From: the human T2T-CHM13v2.0 reference genome, Homo sapiens
Length of the DNA stretch: 64,000 bases
Assembly: GCF_009914755.1 (NCBI RefSeq)
Contig: NC_060939.1
Strand: one strand, 5' to 3'
Part shown: in pieces, positions 13,464-32,623 of the stretch
How the letters are laid out: each line of letters starts with the position of its first letter
Position numbering within the stretch: position 1 is the first letter of the stretch
Notes under the pieces: model-generated
Database searches by the model: none
Seen by the model: the letters and a program-made list of their open reading frames with translations, nothing else
What the model was told of the DNA's origin: nothing
Program-made: the position numbers and the translations under genes

Positions 13464-14085
13464 CGCAGATGTTTACAGCAGATTTATTCATAATTGCCAA
13501 AACTCAGAAGCAACCAAGATGTCCTTCAGTAGGTGAATGGATAAATAAACTGTGGTACATACAGACAATAGAATATTATTCAGCACTAAAAAGAAATGGG
13601 GTATAAGGCCACGGAGAAAACTTAAGTGCATGTTGCTAAGTGAAAGAAGCCAATCTGAAAAGGCTGCATACTTTATGACTGACATGTTGGAAGAGGCAAA
13701 ATCACAGGGACAGTAAAATGATCAGTGGTTACCAGGGGCTAGAGGGAGGAAAGGATGAACAGGTGGAGCACAGAGGATTTTAGGGCAGTGAAACTACTCT
13801 GTATGATACCATAATGGTAGATGCATGTCATTATACATTTGTCTAAACCCGTGGAGTGTACAACAGCAAGAGTGAACCCAGATGTAAATCATGGACTCTG
13901 GGCAATAATGATGTCTCAATGTAGGTTCATCAGTTGTAACAACTGGACCACTCTGGTGGGGGAGGCTGAGACAATGGAGGAGTCTATGCATGTGTGGGGT
14001 TGGGGGTGAACAGGGACTCTTTACACCTTCCTCTCAATTTTGCTGTGAACCTAAAACTGCACTAAAAGTAAAGTGTATTAAAAAA
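13464..14085 (+). mobile_element. L1MC1-like 3' end
   Basis: gtgaaactactctgtatgatac...ttgctgtgaacctaaaactgc; residual TSD aaaagRgtaagataRgaa. Confidence 0.85.
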
Positions 14086-15264
14086 AGGGTAAGATAGGAA
14101 ATTATCCTCAATGAAAAAATATATAATCACATAAACAGACATTTCCCTTTCAGTAACACTTTTTGAAACTGTCCTAGTGCTTTGGGGGGAACAATGCCAA
14201 CCAGGAGGAGGGAGATACAGGATCCTGAGAGCTAAAGGTGGGCTAAGCTCTCTCCTCTGTCTTCCCTGGAATTTCTACTTTCATATTAAAATCATGTCTA
14301 AAAACAGACTAATCATCCCCTCAGTCTCTCCTACACTTCATGGCCTTTTCCTACAACTATTTTTCTTTACTTAGTCATGCAAACAGAACACCTGGAGTCA
14401 GTGGAACTCATTAAACAGCAGAAACCATGTAGATGCATTCTACTGTCATAAGAGAAGTTATTCCTGACTGGTACACATGCGCAGAGCTGGTGTCTCCTCT
14501 GTCCCTGGCTCTGCTGTGGATAACTTTGAGGAAAATGAGGCTCTGAGAGATGCCTGATCTCCCCCAAGGGGAAGCTGGGGTTAAAAGGGTACATGTGGCC
14601 TCCTAGTTGTGATTTGATTGTGCCATGCTTCATATTTATATCAAGGAGAGGATATTTGTAGTTGCATGACTACAGCTTAACAGGCTATTGAAACATACAA
14701 TTCATGTTAGAAAGCTGTTCATAACACACGGCTAAAACAACTAAAAAGTTGGTTCTTGGAGAAGTCTACTCTAGTCACTTGGAAACGCCACAGCGTGGAT
14801 TTCAACTGGGGCATACGTAACAAGCATGCACTTCCCAAGTTTCCTATGTACAGGTGGCTCTATCAATTGCATCGCACTCCAGAAAATATTGTATTAGTGA
14901 AGACAGATTCACACTGTGGAAATAATTCACCCTAAGTGGAAAGAATGACAAAGAAGACAAAGAGTGACAAAGAATTCTTTCCACCTCCAAGTCCTTCTTC
15001 CAGGGCTTCTTCACACAGAATACTTGCTTACTTGTTTGGTTTCTGTGTTACTCCCCACTTTCCTAGTTGTGCATTCCTTTGGATATCAGTCTCCATGTTT
15101 TGCTAGGGTTGCAAAAAATCTTACCCAAACCACAATCTTGACGTCCTCCCCTCAACTACTGGTTCAATCTCTAATTGCTCCTTCACACAGCAGACAAAAC
15201 ATAAGAATTAAAACTCAGCCAGTCTCCTGAAAAAAAGCTCTTTAACAGCATCTTAGTTTGCCAC

Positions 15265-15460
15265 AGTGGGCTCTGGAGCCCGAGTTTCAGTCCTGACTCA
15301 TGATCCTGGGGACGTGCAAACCTGGCCAAGTTGGTGATGTATCAGCACTCCATTTCCTTACATCTTAACTCAATGGATTGCTGTGAGGGTGAACTGAGAC
15401 AAACACAAAGGGCTGAGAACAGAGCCCAGCTCAGAGCAAATCTAACCAGATGACACTGAC
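15265..15460 (+). mobile_element. MIR
   Basis: gggctctggagcc...ggattgctgtgagggtgaactgaga. Confidence 0.6.
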
Positions 15461-15479
15461 ATCTGTCACCATTACCTCC

Positions 15480-15892
15480 CCTGAGTTTGGTCAACTCTGG
15501 CTCTTTCCGACCCTCCACCAACACCCCCTCCTTTACCAGACTCACCGTGGGCCCCACTCACTATCTGAGCAACTGTAGGATTTGTGAATAAGCTGTTTCT
15601 TCTGCCTGGGTGTTCTTTCCACCCTCTACCTCCTCTACTCCAACATTCACATCCTGCTGCTCAGCCTGACTAATTCCTATTGGTCCTTCAGAGTTCAACT
15701 TAAACGCTTTTTCCTCTAGGAAGCACCCCCTGGCTGCCCAGACCAGGTCAGCCCTCTGGCTCTCTATCCCGAGCATGCCCGTGGCTCTATCAGGGAACAG
15801 AGATTACATCTGTCTTGTTCACCATTGTCTCTTCAGTGTCTAGCATGGCACAGGGCCATAATACCCGACAAATATCTGCTGAATAAATGAAG
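15480..15892 (+). mobile_element. L2 3' end
   Basis: Ends in aaatatctgctgaataaatgaa. Confidence 0.7.
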
Positions 15893-16297
15893 TCATGGCT
15901 GGAACTGTCACCATGGGGTCAGCTATAGACAGGATGCTATCTGAGTGCTCTCAAATGGCAAGTTTGTCAGAAAAAGAATTCAAGACTCAAGTCTTAGCCA
16001 CATAATGGGGAAATACAATCAGCAGTCAAGAGAAAGAGGAGACCCAACCAGCCATCCAAAACAAGAGTGTTCAGAGGATGCCTGAAAGCTACAGGTACGG
16101 AGACAGGACAAGCTAGAGAAGCTGATCATGTTTCAGCAGGGGCAGGTGAAACACGTTAATATAAAAAATGTCAATTTTTTCAAAATTAACCCAAAGCTGG
16201 AATACACTGTCAAGCAGAGTTCTAATACTGCATTTCGGGGAATTGGATACAATTATTTTGAAGTATGAACAAAAGAACTGATAATAATAGTAGTAAC

Positions 16298-18420
<2,123 letters not shown>

Positions 18421-18479
18421 GATTAGTAGTAATAATGATAAAAGCAGTGAACACGTTTACACTTGTAGTTGCACTAGCA

Positions 18480-20290
<1,811 letters not shown>

Positions 20291-21769
20291 TGAGAGCATT
20301 TTTGTAAAAGGTTAACAGTTTGCCAGAGAAAACAAGGCAGAGAATTTCCAGGAGGGAATAATTAGTTAAATAGGAGACAGCAAAGACAGAAGAACTTGGG
20401 CATGGGGGGATGGGGAGAGAGGGAGGAGGGAGAATGGCAGGGGGCCTGGAGCTAATGATGAGGATTCCATGGGGCCAGATGAGGACCTCTGTGGATCCCT
20501 TATCTCCCATCTTTATAACTGGCATCCTAAGTGTAAAGAGGAGAGGTGAAGAATTTGGCTGAGGATGGAGACCTGAGCATGCAATAAGTCAGAATGGAAG
20601 AGAAGAAGGAACTCCAGCCACCACCATCAGCGCTGAATCTACAAAAGAGGTCCAGGGAGGGAGATCAGTTGCCTGCATCCTCCTTGGAGCAATCCCATAG
20701 TTTCCAAGGGTCCCAGAGGCATTCTGATAGAGCATGACAGTGATCCCTAATTTGACAACCCAGGAGGATTATCTGCCGTGACAGTTTTCTGTGGAGGAAA
20801 GGACCAGCACCTATGCTGCCTCCGCTGATAGGGCTGTTACCCCCTGTACATGCACACGCTGCTCCTCTGCAGCTCTCTCCGCAAGTGCAGCCTGTTGACT
20901 CCTGAAATCCAGCCTTACAATCACAGTGGCCCCAAAATGATTGTTTCTTGGGATAGTACGCAAAGGCACACTGCTGATCTGACAGCGTGGATGCCAAAAA
21001 GCTTAGAAGCAGCCTTCCTGATTTTAAGATGACTCAAATTACTCTTCAGCGGACGATTTTAAACTTTCATTTACACCTATTAAGTATCCTTAAAGCAAGG
21101 GATTCCCACACCATGCCAGGATTCCTGTAAATGCCACATGGCATCAGATCAGATACCAAGTACAGAGGTCTCTGAGGACACTGGACCTGCTGGGGAAGGG
21201 GCTGTCCACTCGCTGGGGGCTTCAGAAAGGCCACGGTCTTATGAAAGCACAATTTCTGGGGAGCAGCCCAGACTTGTCACAGAGAAATTTCTGGATGTGG
21301 GTCTGGGACTGATTTACAAACACCCCAGGTATTGTTATGCCACTCATCTTGGATCAAAAGACTTTGGAAACCACTCAAAACTCTCATAGTACTGAGTGCT
21401 TGGAGCCAGTGTAGGGACCCAACAAACACCTGTGGATTGGCTTTCTATAATGAATGCAATTTGAGGTTCCATGTCTACTAGTCGCCTGATGTCATCCAGT
21501 CCAATGCTAAAAGTATTGGATTCAGTATATCAAAAACAACTGGATATTCACTCTTGGTTGTACCCTTTCTCAAAAAATTAATGAAATAAAATGAAATGAA
21601 ATAATATCTTAAAAGTAGTCACAAGTCATTGCAAAATCCAGGAGGAAAATAACAGTTTGGCTAACTTTAGACTTAATTAGATAAATATGCACGTTGCCAT
21701 TTCTATGGTAATGTTAACATAATAGACAAAAGAGACATAAAACTTTCAAATAACTACTAAGGTTTTTAA

Positions 21770-22070
<301 letters not shown>

Positions 22071-22089
22071 TCACCATGTCTTGAATGCC

Positions 22090-22790
22090 TACACTGGGCC
22101 AGGCCCTTCTGAGGCACTGCAATGTATCAGTGAACAGAAGAGGCAGAAATCCCTCATGTGGCTTCTTTTCTAAAAGGGGCAGACCCGTCTTTGAATGATG
22201 CTACACTTGGTGCTCCAAACAGGATTTTACAGGTGACAGACTACTACCACGGTGAAAAGACAACAGAAAAGGGCAGGCGAGAGGAAGGCCTAGCGGAGTG
22301 TGAGGACATGAGTGGGGTGGCCGGAGCAGGCCTCACTGAGAAGGTGATTCTGGAACAAGGATGTGGAGGAGGTGAGCTGGTGACTTGAGTGCCTGGCAGG
22401 GCAACAGCCCCAGAGGCTGGAACAGCTTCTGGTGGGCAGGTGCGTCTGAGTGCCTGGAGCAGAGGTGGGGTCGCAGCTGAGGCCTCTCGGGTTGCCGGAA
22501 GCCCCATGAGACTCTCCGCTTTCCCTCTGTGTGAAACCAGGAGTCGCTGCAGGCTTTGGAGCCCAGCTGCCTCATGCTAGAGCTCACATGTGATGGGGCT
22601 CACTCTGGCTGCTGCTCAGTGAGCAGATGGTGGGGGGAGGGTGGGAGGTGGGAGGAAGGAGAGAAGCAAGGAGGAGATGAGTCAGGAGGCCACTGCCTTC
22701 CCAGAGGAAGGAGGAGAATGGTCTGGCGAGGACGGCTGCCGTGGGGGTGAGACAAAGTGGTGAATTCTCAATGTATTTTGAAAAATTGGT
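22090..22790 (-). mobile_element. L2 fragment
   Basis: aggcctcactgagaaggtgatt...gagctcac...tcactctggctgct antisense L2 motifs. Confidence 0.7.
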
Positions 22791-23525
22791 TTAAAAAAGA
22801 ATCCAAAAGAAGGCATAAGTGAGAGGGGGAAAAAAAACAGAAGATGTGAAACAAATAGAAAGTACAAGAGGAGCTGGGTAGAGGTGAACCCAAATGTGCC
22901 ACTAATTAAATTAAATGTAAAGAGACCAGATGCTCCAGTTCAAAGTAATAAATTGGCAGACTGAACGCAAGATTCAACTATATGCTGTTTATAGAAGACA
23001 TCTAAAGCATACACAGAAAGGACAAAATTAAAAGGATGGGTAAGAAATACATCATGTGAATTGTAACCAACAGAAAACTGGTGTAGCGACATTAATAACA
23101 GACAGAATAGACTTTTAGGTAAAAAGCATTTGCTAGTGATAAAAAGAATTACTTCAGAATGACAAAAGTAGGACACAGATGTGAATGTACTATTGACAAA
23201 CTTTACTTAAGGGTCATATAGAATTATACTCTCAAGAGCTGCAGAATACAAAATGCTCTTAGTACAAATGAAACATTTACAAAATATTTATCATACTCTG
23301 AGCCATAAAATGCATCATAAAAAATTTAAAAAGAAGAGATCATACAGACCAAGTTTTCTGACCATACTACAATTAACTTAAAAAGATAACTAGCAAATCC
23401 CCATATGGTTAGGAGATTTAACACATACTTCCAAATAACCCATAGGATTTGCTTCAAAATAATATAGGAGGTTGTGGTGGGAACAAGGATATAGAAAAAG
23501 TAAGATTGGCCACAACTTCATAATT

Positions 23526-23630
23526 TTTTAAAAAAATTTTTTATTACACTTTAAGTTCTAGCGTACATGTGCACAATGTGCAGGTTTGATACATAGGCAT
23601 ACATGTGCCATGTTGGTTTGCTGCACCCCA
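23526..23630 (-). mobile_element. Very short L1PA 3' end insertion
   Basis: actttaagttctagcgtacatgtgcacaatgtgcagg; TSD aacttcataatt (23514-23525 and 23632-23643). Confidence 0.9.
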
Positions 23631-25825
23631 GAACTTCATAATTATAAAAGTTGGGTGATGAATACATGGATATTCACTTTATTGTTCCATATACACATAG
23701 ATATTTAATATTTTCAAGAGTTAAATGTTAGAAACGTAAGTAAAATGAATACAATCTGCATGAAAAATTATAAAAATACAATAACCCAACAATGAAAGAA
23801 GAATCACAACTGAAATAATAAAATATTTTGAACTAAATCATAAAATATTTCACAAAAACGTAGTAAGAGACAATAAAAGCCATAGACAGAGAAAGTTTTA
23901 TTGCTTTAGATGCATATACAAGAAAATAAAAAATACCAAAAATTTAGGAGCCAAATGTCCATTTCAATAAGATAGGAAAAATAGCAAAATAAACACAAAA
24001 AAAATTAGAAGAAAGACAATGATGAAGATCAGAAATTTTTTAAAAACCCCAGAAAACAAATATATGGTAGACAGGACCAAGAAAATCAACCATTAGGCTT
24101 ATGAAAAGAATAATAATATTGAGAACCTCTAAAAATAATTCTATGCAAATAAATTGGCAAATATGAACATAACGGACACAGTCCTAGAAAAATAAAACTT
24201 ACCAAGGCTGATTAAAATAACAGAAAACTTGGATAGCCCTATAACCACTAAACAAGTTAAATCAACAGATACATACTTTTGTTTTTCTTTATAAAAGGAT
24301 CTCTAGGTGCAGATGGTTTTCTCAACAAATAAAGAAATAATTCAGTCTTACAATCTAATCCACAATAAAGAACAAGAGGGTACAATCCTAAACTCAGGTT
24401 ATGAGACTAGCACATAATCTTGGAATGGAAATGTGACAAGAAGTAGTAAGAAAAAAGAAAAAAAATAACAGGGCAATCTCATCCACAACGATTGGTTATA
24501 TACATTTATTACAATCATGGCAAACTTCTGTTTATTACAGGAATGCAAGGATGGTTTAACACTACAATATTTGCCACATCAACAGATTAAGGGAAAAAAA
24601 ATTGTGTTACAACACATGCATGTAGATAAGGCTTTTTAAAAACTGAACCACTGAGATTTTATAAATCTAAGCTAGAAATGGAAGGAAATTTCTTCTATCT
24701 GATATACGGCTCCTTAGAAAAAATCTGGCACAACATTGTTCATATTTGTAACATGTCAAAAGCTTTTCCTACCACAGAAAAATAGAACTAAACCTAAACA
24801 TATACATAATTGAATTAAATGCTAATGGACAAACTGCAGAATATTATTTCCAAGTTGCATACAGAGCATTTATTTTAATTAAGTCAGAGATAGAAAAGCA
24901 AAACCCGAATAGACTTTATTTACAGATACTCACTTTAAATATAAAGACATAGGTAGCGCGAATGAAAAGGGGTTAAAAATATATATGACATGCAAACTGT
25001 GAGCATAAGAAAGTTGGAATGGATGTATTAAAATCAAACAAAAGAGACTTCAAGAAAAAAGTATTACCAGAGATAAACACCTCACTATAATGAAAATATT
25101 AATTCACCAGGAAGACAATAAATATATATAAATACACGACTTCAAAATATATAAAGCAAAATATGACAAGACTAAAAGGAAATATAGACAAATCCATAAC
25201 CATAGTGGATGATTTTGATGTCTATTTCTAAAGGAACTGCTAGAACAACTAGACAGAAAAGGCACGGATATAGAAGACCAGAACATCATCAACAAATATA
25301 ACCTAATTGTCATTTACAGAATACTCTAATTCAAAACTGTAAAATATAATTTTTTTCAAGTGCAAAAAGAGCCTTCATATCTTGGTGAAAAAGCCATATG
25401 CTGATCCACCAAACATGTCTCAATAAAATTCAAAATGCTGAGATAACACAGAATATGTCCTAAGACAAAAAAGGAATTAATCTGGCAATCATGAAAAATG
25501 AGATATGTAAAAAAGTCCCAAATATTTGGATACTAAATAACATGCATGTAAATAACTCATGAGAGAAAGGAAAAACACAAGGGAGGTTAGAAAATAATTT
25601 TAAACTTGAAGATAATAAAAACATATAATTTTGGTAATGCAGCTAAACTGTGCTTCCAGTGAAAGTTATAGTACTAAACACATAAATGAGGAATGGCTTA
25701 AAATTAGTGATCTAAGTTTTCACCTTAAGTATATATGAAAGATAAGCAAATCAAGACCAAAGTAAGTAGAAAGAAGGAAAAAAGAAAGGTGAAATCAGCG
25801 AAATAGAAAATAAATAAAATCAACA

Positions 25826-25970
25826 GCTGGGGATGGTAGCTCATGCCTGTAATCCCAGCACTTTGGGAGGCCAAGGCAGGCACATCACTTGAGGCCAGGA
25901 GTTTGAGACCAGCCTGGCCAACATGTTGAAACCCCATCTCAAAAAAAAAAGAAAAGAAAAGAAAAGAAGA
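25826..25970 (+). mobile_element. FLAM_C / Alu left monomer
   Basis: Single left monomer followed by an A/GAAAA tail. Confidence 0.85.
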
Positions 25971-27065
25971 GAAAATTAAACAATCTAAAATTTGATTCAT
26001 TGAAAGATTCATAAGACCGGTAAACAAACACCTAGCAAGACTGATGAAAGAGAGAAATGAGAAGGTGAGGGAGGGAAAGAGGGAAAGCAGGAGCTCGCTT
26101 ATATCATCAGCATCACAGATGAAGGAGGGAACAGCACCTCAGATTCTACACATATAAAAAGAATAAGAAAATACTGTGAAGAAATATGTTCATAAATTAG
26201 ACATTTAGATTAATTAGACAAATTTCTTTTAAAACACAACTTACTAAATGTGACATAAAAGGAAACAGAAAATCTGAACTGCATATTTTATTCTGAATCT
26301 GTATCTGCTAAGAAAATCGTATTTATTATGAAAATTCTTCCCTTAAAAAAGACATAGATGACTTCACTGGTGAATTCTATCAAATATTTAAGGAAGAAAT
26401 AATAGTAATTTTATACAACTTTAAGAAGATAAGAGAAAGAAAAACTCATTTCCCAAGTTTGGCATGAGGCTAGCATACCTCTGACACTAAAAGAAGAATG
26501 TGAAAAGAAAAGAACAGATCAACAACCAACATGAACATTGCCATAATCACTCATACTGTATTAGTTGAGTCCTGTAATAAATGAAAAATAATCAAGACCA
26601 AGTAGAGTGTATCCCAAGAACATAAGATAGGGCAAACATTCAAAAACCAATAAAAATTATTTACTATATTAACTAAAAAAGAGTAAAACATTTGCTAAAT
26701 TTAATACCTATTCATTTAAAAAAAATCCTGCAACCTTGAAATAAGAAAGAATTCCTCCTGCAATACAGGGCATTTTTAAAAATTCTATCCTTGAATCTTA
26801 CTTTATGATGAAACGTTGAATTATTTTCCCTTATGATTAAAAAGAAGTTAGGCATATTTAGTCTTAATACTTGTACAAAAGATTGTAGCCAGTGCAATAA
26901 AGTAGAAAAGAGGGATAAAGGTTAAAAAGGAAAAATGAAAAGTTTTGCTATTTGTAGATGATATGAATGTCAGTGTAGCAAATTCTAAAAGCTCTATAAT
27001 TAATAAATGCATTTAGTAAGGCTGCAAGTTACAAGGTCAATATGCCAAAAACATCAATTATATTT

Positions 27066-27129
27066 TTATATACTAGTAGCAAAAAGTTGGAAAATGATTA
27101 TATACTAGTAGCAAAAAGTTGGAAAATGA
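27066..27129. repeat. Perfect 32-bp tandem duplication
   Basis: ttatatactagtagcaaaaagttggaaaatga x2. Confidence 0.97.
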
Positions 27130-28707
27130 AATTAAAAGAAATCAATTTATAATGGCTTTGAAAAAACATAAAATAATCCAGAATAAATTTAGCAAAAGGT
27201 GCCATGGCTTTCTACACTAAAACAAAAACCTCTGTTGAGAGACATTAAAGAAGACCTTACAAAATAGAAAAATATATTACATTCATAGATTCAAAACATC
27301 AATATTAGGGTCAGTTCTCCCAAAATTAATCTACAGATTCAAGACAATTCTATTTCTAAAAATCCCAGTAGGCCTTTTTGTAGAAACTGACAAAATTATT
27401 CAAAATTTTAAATAAAAATACAATTGATCTAGAATAGCCAAAATTATCTAGAAAAATATAAAGCTGGAAGCATTCCAGAACTTAAAGAGTTACTATAAAG
27501 CTACAGTAATCAAGACAATATGATATGGGCATGAAGGCAAATATATAAATCAATGGGACAAAGATGAAGATATAGCTCAATAGTACAAAACACAGGAGAG
27601 CTAGAAAGAAACCCACAACCATGACAAGGTAATTCAGAGGTAGAAGGCCTCAGCAGAGGTTGCTGGGAATAGCTGCATTTTCATGTGGGAAAATAATGTA
27701 CTTCAATTCCTACCTAATGCCACAAACAAAGATTAATTCAAGATGGGTCACAAAACTAAACATTAAACCTACAACTATAACCTTTTTCAGAAGTAAACAC
27801 AGTCTTCTATCTTCACAATTGGGGGTAGCTACAGATTTCTCAGAACACAGAAAGCAGTGATCATAAAAGAAAAAAATGAACATGTTAGACTTTATCAAAA
27901 CATAAAAACTTCAACTCACTGAAAAGCATCATTTAGAAAATAGACAAATCCCCAAATGAGAAAAAAATATTCACAAGACAGACTTGACAAATGATTTAAT
28001 TCTAACCTCTATGATAAAAGTCCTATGGCAACAATGAAAAGGCAGATTATCCAATTTTTTTAAAAAAATTGCCAAAAATTTGGAAGAGGAACTTAAAAGG
28101 AAGATATACAAATGGTCAACAGTAGATGAAAAAGTGCTCAACATCATTAGTTATCAGGAAAATGAAAATTTAGACCTCAAACAGATACCACTTGATACCC
28201 ACTAGAATGGCTAAAATTAACATCTTACAACATCAAGTGTTGACAAGGATGGGGAGCATCTGGAACTTGCTTACATTACTGGAGGGAACATAGAAATGAT
28301 GCCACTCATTTGGAAAAAGATATGATAGCTTTCTATAAAACTAAGCAAACATCAACCCTATTATCCTGGGGTTTCCCCACTAGGTATTTATGCAAGAGAA
28401 ATGAAAACATGTGTCTACACACACAAAGACTTGTACAAGAATGATTAAAACAGCTTTATTAATAGTGACACAACACTGAAAACAACCCAAATGTCCATCA
28501 AGAAGAGAATGGGTAATGACTGTGGTGTGTATTTATGTACATACACACACCACATACACACACATATGTATACATATGTTCTTTACAATAGAATACTTAC
28601 TATTCAATGATAAAAAAAGAACGACATATGGATATACTCGGCCATATGGGTAAATCTCATAGAAGCTGGAAACAAGGTAAATCAAACTCCATAGTAGTTT
28701 TTACATA

Positions 28708-28993
28708 TTTTTTTTTTTTTTTGAGACAGAGTTTCACTCTCATCCAGGCTGGAGTGCGATCTCGGCTCCCTGCAACCTCCACCTCCCAGGTTCAAGTGAT
28801 TCTCCTGCCTCAGCCTCCTGAGTAGCTGGGATTACAAGCATGCGCCACCACACCAGGCTAATTTTGTATTTTTAGTAGAGACAGGGTTTCTCCATGTTAG
28901 TCAGGCTTGTCTCGAACTCCTGACCTCAGGTGATTCACCTGCCTCTGCCTCCCAAAGTGCTGGGATTACAGGCATGAGCCACCAGGCCCGGCC
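28708..28993 (-). mobile_element. AluSp-like
   Basis: gagtttcactct, ctaattttgtatt, gggtttctccatgttagtcaggct. Confidence 0.9.
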
Positions 28994-30521
28994 TACCTGA
29001 AGTTTTAAAATTGGCAAAACAAATACAGTCTAAATAATTTTTAGAAAACTTGTTGCTTTTGGAGGGTATTAACTGGAACAGGGCACAGTGAAGCTTTCTG
29101 GGGTGAGAGAAAATTTCTGTATCTTGGTAGGGGTGTCATTTATATTGGTAGATGCGTTTGTCAGAATCTGTTCAATTGCACACTTAAAATGTGCTTTTTA
29201 CTGATGTAAATTATACCTAAAAATACTACCACACAAATGTTGAACTATACTTGGTTGATTTTTTTTCTTTAGTATTTGATGGCAATTCTGATACCACTTT
29301 CTGTGTATTCTAGATTTGAACAAATGAGTAAATATATTAAGATTATTGAAAGCAAAGTGTCTTACTACTGGTAAAAGGAGTTACCAAGATGGGAAGGGTT
29401 GTGCAGATCGGGGCTGAAAGTATCAATATAAGTTCTCATTTTTGATACATACCCACATTTCTTAATTATGACAACGCCTAGAAGCAATGAGCACATCCAG
29501 CACCCAAATTTTTATTTCTAAATAACATTCCCTAAATAAAAGAAAGCAGAACTTCCTAGGAAAAGGCTGATTTCAGTGCTGGAGCAAAGACTGTAAAAGG
29601 AAATCCTAGACAACCTCCTTGCACCAGAAAGGAAGGAGGTGTTGAGAGAACAGTGGACACAAATCCAAAGGACAGAGAGCTAGTTTGAAGGGATTCCCCA
29701 CCCATCAAATCTGGGGCAACCTGAGCATCACAATAAATAATGGTAGTAACAGAATATAATCTACTGGGTAAAATAAGATCCATAAGTCCATATAAATAGA
29801 TGATTAAGTAAATGGAGAAGAAAAACCTCTTACATACAGAAGAATGCCAGTGTAGGAGGAATAATAGTTAGAAATTCATCAATGAGTGCTAAAGCTAGTA
29901 GATAACCACTAGATAAAAGTTTAATGAGCAAAATCCTATTAATTACAAAGGGAAATAATTTTACAGGGGAGAAACTTCCACTACCTTAACCAAGTGACCA
30001 AAATTAACATAACCAGTAATGGGACAAATCAACACCATACGCCTTTTTGATGCAATGCACTGAGGGACATAACATCACTTCCGTGGCACTGCTGGCAAAA
30101 ATCCATAACAGGACTTTAAGAAACCTCGGAAAAATCAAATTGGCAGACATCCTACAAATTAACTTGTCCATGCTCTTGGAAAACACCAAATCAAGAAAGA
30201 GAAAGGCTTAGGATCTGCTCCAGATTAAAAGAGACTAAGAAGACATGACAATTAAGTGCAACCTAAGATCCTGGATTGAACCCTGGACCAGGAAAATAAT
30301 GGCTATAAAAGACATTATTGAGAGAATTGATAAAATTGAATATGGAGTGTAGATTAGATACTAGAATTGTATGTGTTAAATTTTCTGATTTTAATAATTG
30401 CACTATAGTTATGAAAGAGAGTGTCCTTTTTATAAAAGAAAATATGCACTGAAATTTTCTGTGGTAAAGGGGCATGATGTCTCTACCAGTCTCAAATGGT
30501 TCAGAAAAAAAACTCCACGAT

Positions 30522-30675
30522 GATATACACACACACACATATAAATATATATTCATAAATATGCACATGTGCCTATATATACACAAACACACATAACTAT
30601 TATATATATTTTATATATATGACACACCATATATATAAAATATGACATACCATATATATAAAATATATATAGATA
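30522..30675. repeat. (CA)/(TA) compound low-complexity repeat
   Basis: Direct reading. Confidence 0.85.
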
Positions 30676-31174
30676 GAGCAAATGAGTTAAAAGGTATACA
30701 GTTGCAATTGGTTGATTTGAGTAAAATATATATGGGGTCCTTTGTGTCATTTTTGCAACTTTTCTATACATGTGGAAGTAGATCAAAATAAAATACACGA
30801 GAAGGTTTATTATAATGATGGGACTGTAAATTGGGACAACTACCCATTGAAAACCATTAGGCAGTATCTACCAAAGCTAAACGTACAAATACCCTATGAA
30901 CCAGCAATTTCATTCCTAGGTATTACTCAATGGAAATACATAGATATGGCCATTAAAAACATGCACAAGAATATTCATAGCAATGTTATAATAGCATAGC
31001 ATTCCTTTGCGTCAATATATCACAATTTATTTTTGCATTATACCCTTAATAGACATTTAGGTTGCTTCCAGTGTAGGGCTCTTACAAACAGCATGGAAAG
31101 GTGCTGAACTTTATTAGTTACCAGTGAAAAAAAGATACTCAAACATTCACCATGTGAGCACACATTTTAAAGTC

Positions 31175-31505
31175 TGTCCTTTGTAGGAACATGGATGAAG
31201 CTGGAAACCATCATTCTCCGCAAACTATCGCAAGGACAAAAAACCAAATACCGCATGTTCTCACTCATAGGTGGGAATTGAACAATGAGAACACATGGAC
31301 ACAGGAAGGGGAACATCACACCGGGGCCTGTTGTGGGGTGGGGGGAGGGGGAAAGGATAGCATTAGGAGATATACCTAACGTTAAATGACGAGTTAATGG
31401 GTGCAGCACACCAACATGGCACATGTATACATATGTAACTAACCTGCACGTTGTGCACATGTACCCTAAAACTTAAAGTATAATAAAAAATAAAACAAAA
31501 AACAA
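31175..31505 (+). mobile_element. L1PA3/4-like 3' end
   Basis: caaactatcgcaaggacaaaaaacc, gcattaggagatatacctaacgttaaatgacgag, poly(A). Confidence 0.92.
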
Positions 31506-32256
31506 ATTTTGGTGAGGATGTGGAGTAAAGTGAGCTCTCGTACACTGCTGGTAGAAGTATACATTGGCACATCCACTTTGGAAAACAGTTTGGTATTCAG
31601 TGTGTGAATTTGAGACAGATATCCCCCATGAGCCAACAACGCCACATCATTATATACCCCTAGACTAACCTACGCACATAGACACCAGAGTACAAGTCTG
31701 AGAAGGCTAATGGCAGTGTTATAATAGTTCCAAACTGCAAAGAATCCAAATGCTTACCCAGTAGAGTGCATTTTAAAAGTGGCATATTCAAACATCACAC
31801 TGAATGGGCAAAAGCTGGAAGCATTCCCCTTAAAAACTAGAACAACATGAGGATGCCCACTTTCACCACTCGTATTCAACATAGTGCTGGAAGTCCTAAC
31901 CAGAACGATCAGGCAAGAGGAAGAAATAAAAGGTGTACAATTTTTTTTTTTAAAAAAAGGAAGTCGAACTATCTCTCTTCGTGAATGACATAATTCCATA
32001 CCTTGTAAAACCCTAAAGATGCCATGAAAAGGGCACTAGATCTGATAAACATAGTAAGTAAAGTTTCAGGATACAAAATCAACGTGCAAAAATCAGTAGC
32101 ATTTCTATACACCAATAACATTCAAGCTGGGAGTCAAATCAAGAACACAATGCCATTTACAATGGCCACACAAAAAAATACAATACTTAGGAATACTTAA
32201 CCAAGAGGGTGAAACATCTCTAAAGCAGAACTCAAAAACGCTGATAAAAGAAATTA

Positions 32257-32623
<367 letters not shown>

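Larger units (their letters stand above)
22830..31790 (+). mobile_element. Nested old L1M block (ORF2 remnants and L1MC-type 3' UTR)
   Basis: Long A-rich degenerate L1 ORF2 sequence; endonuclease-region motifs occur twice (~22900 and ~24800); L1MC4-like 3' UTR at ~29400-30790. Confidence 0.8.
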
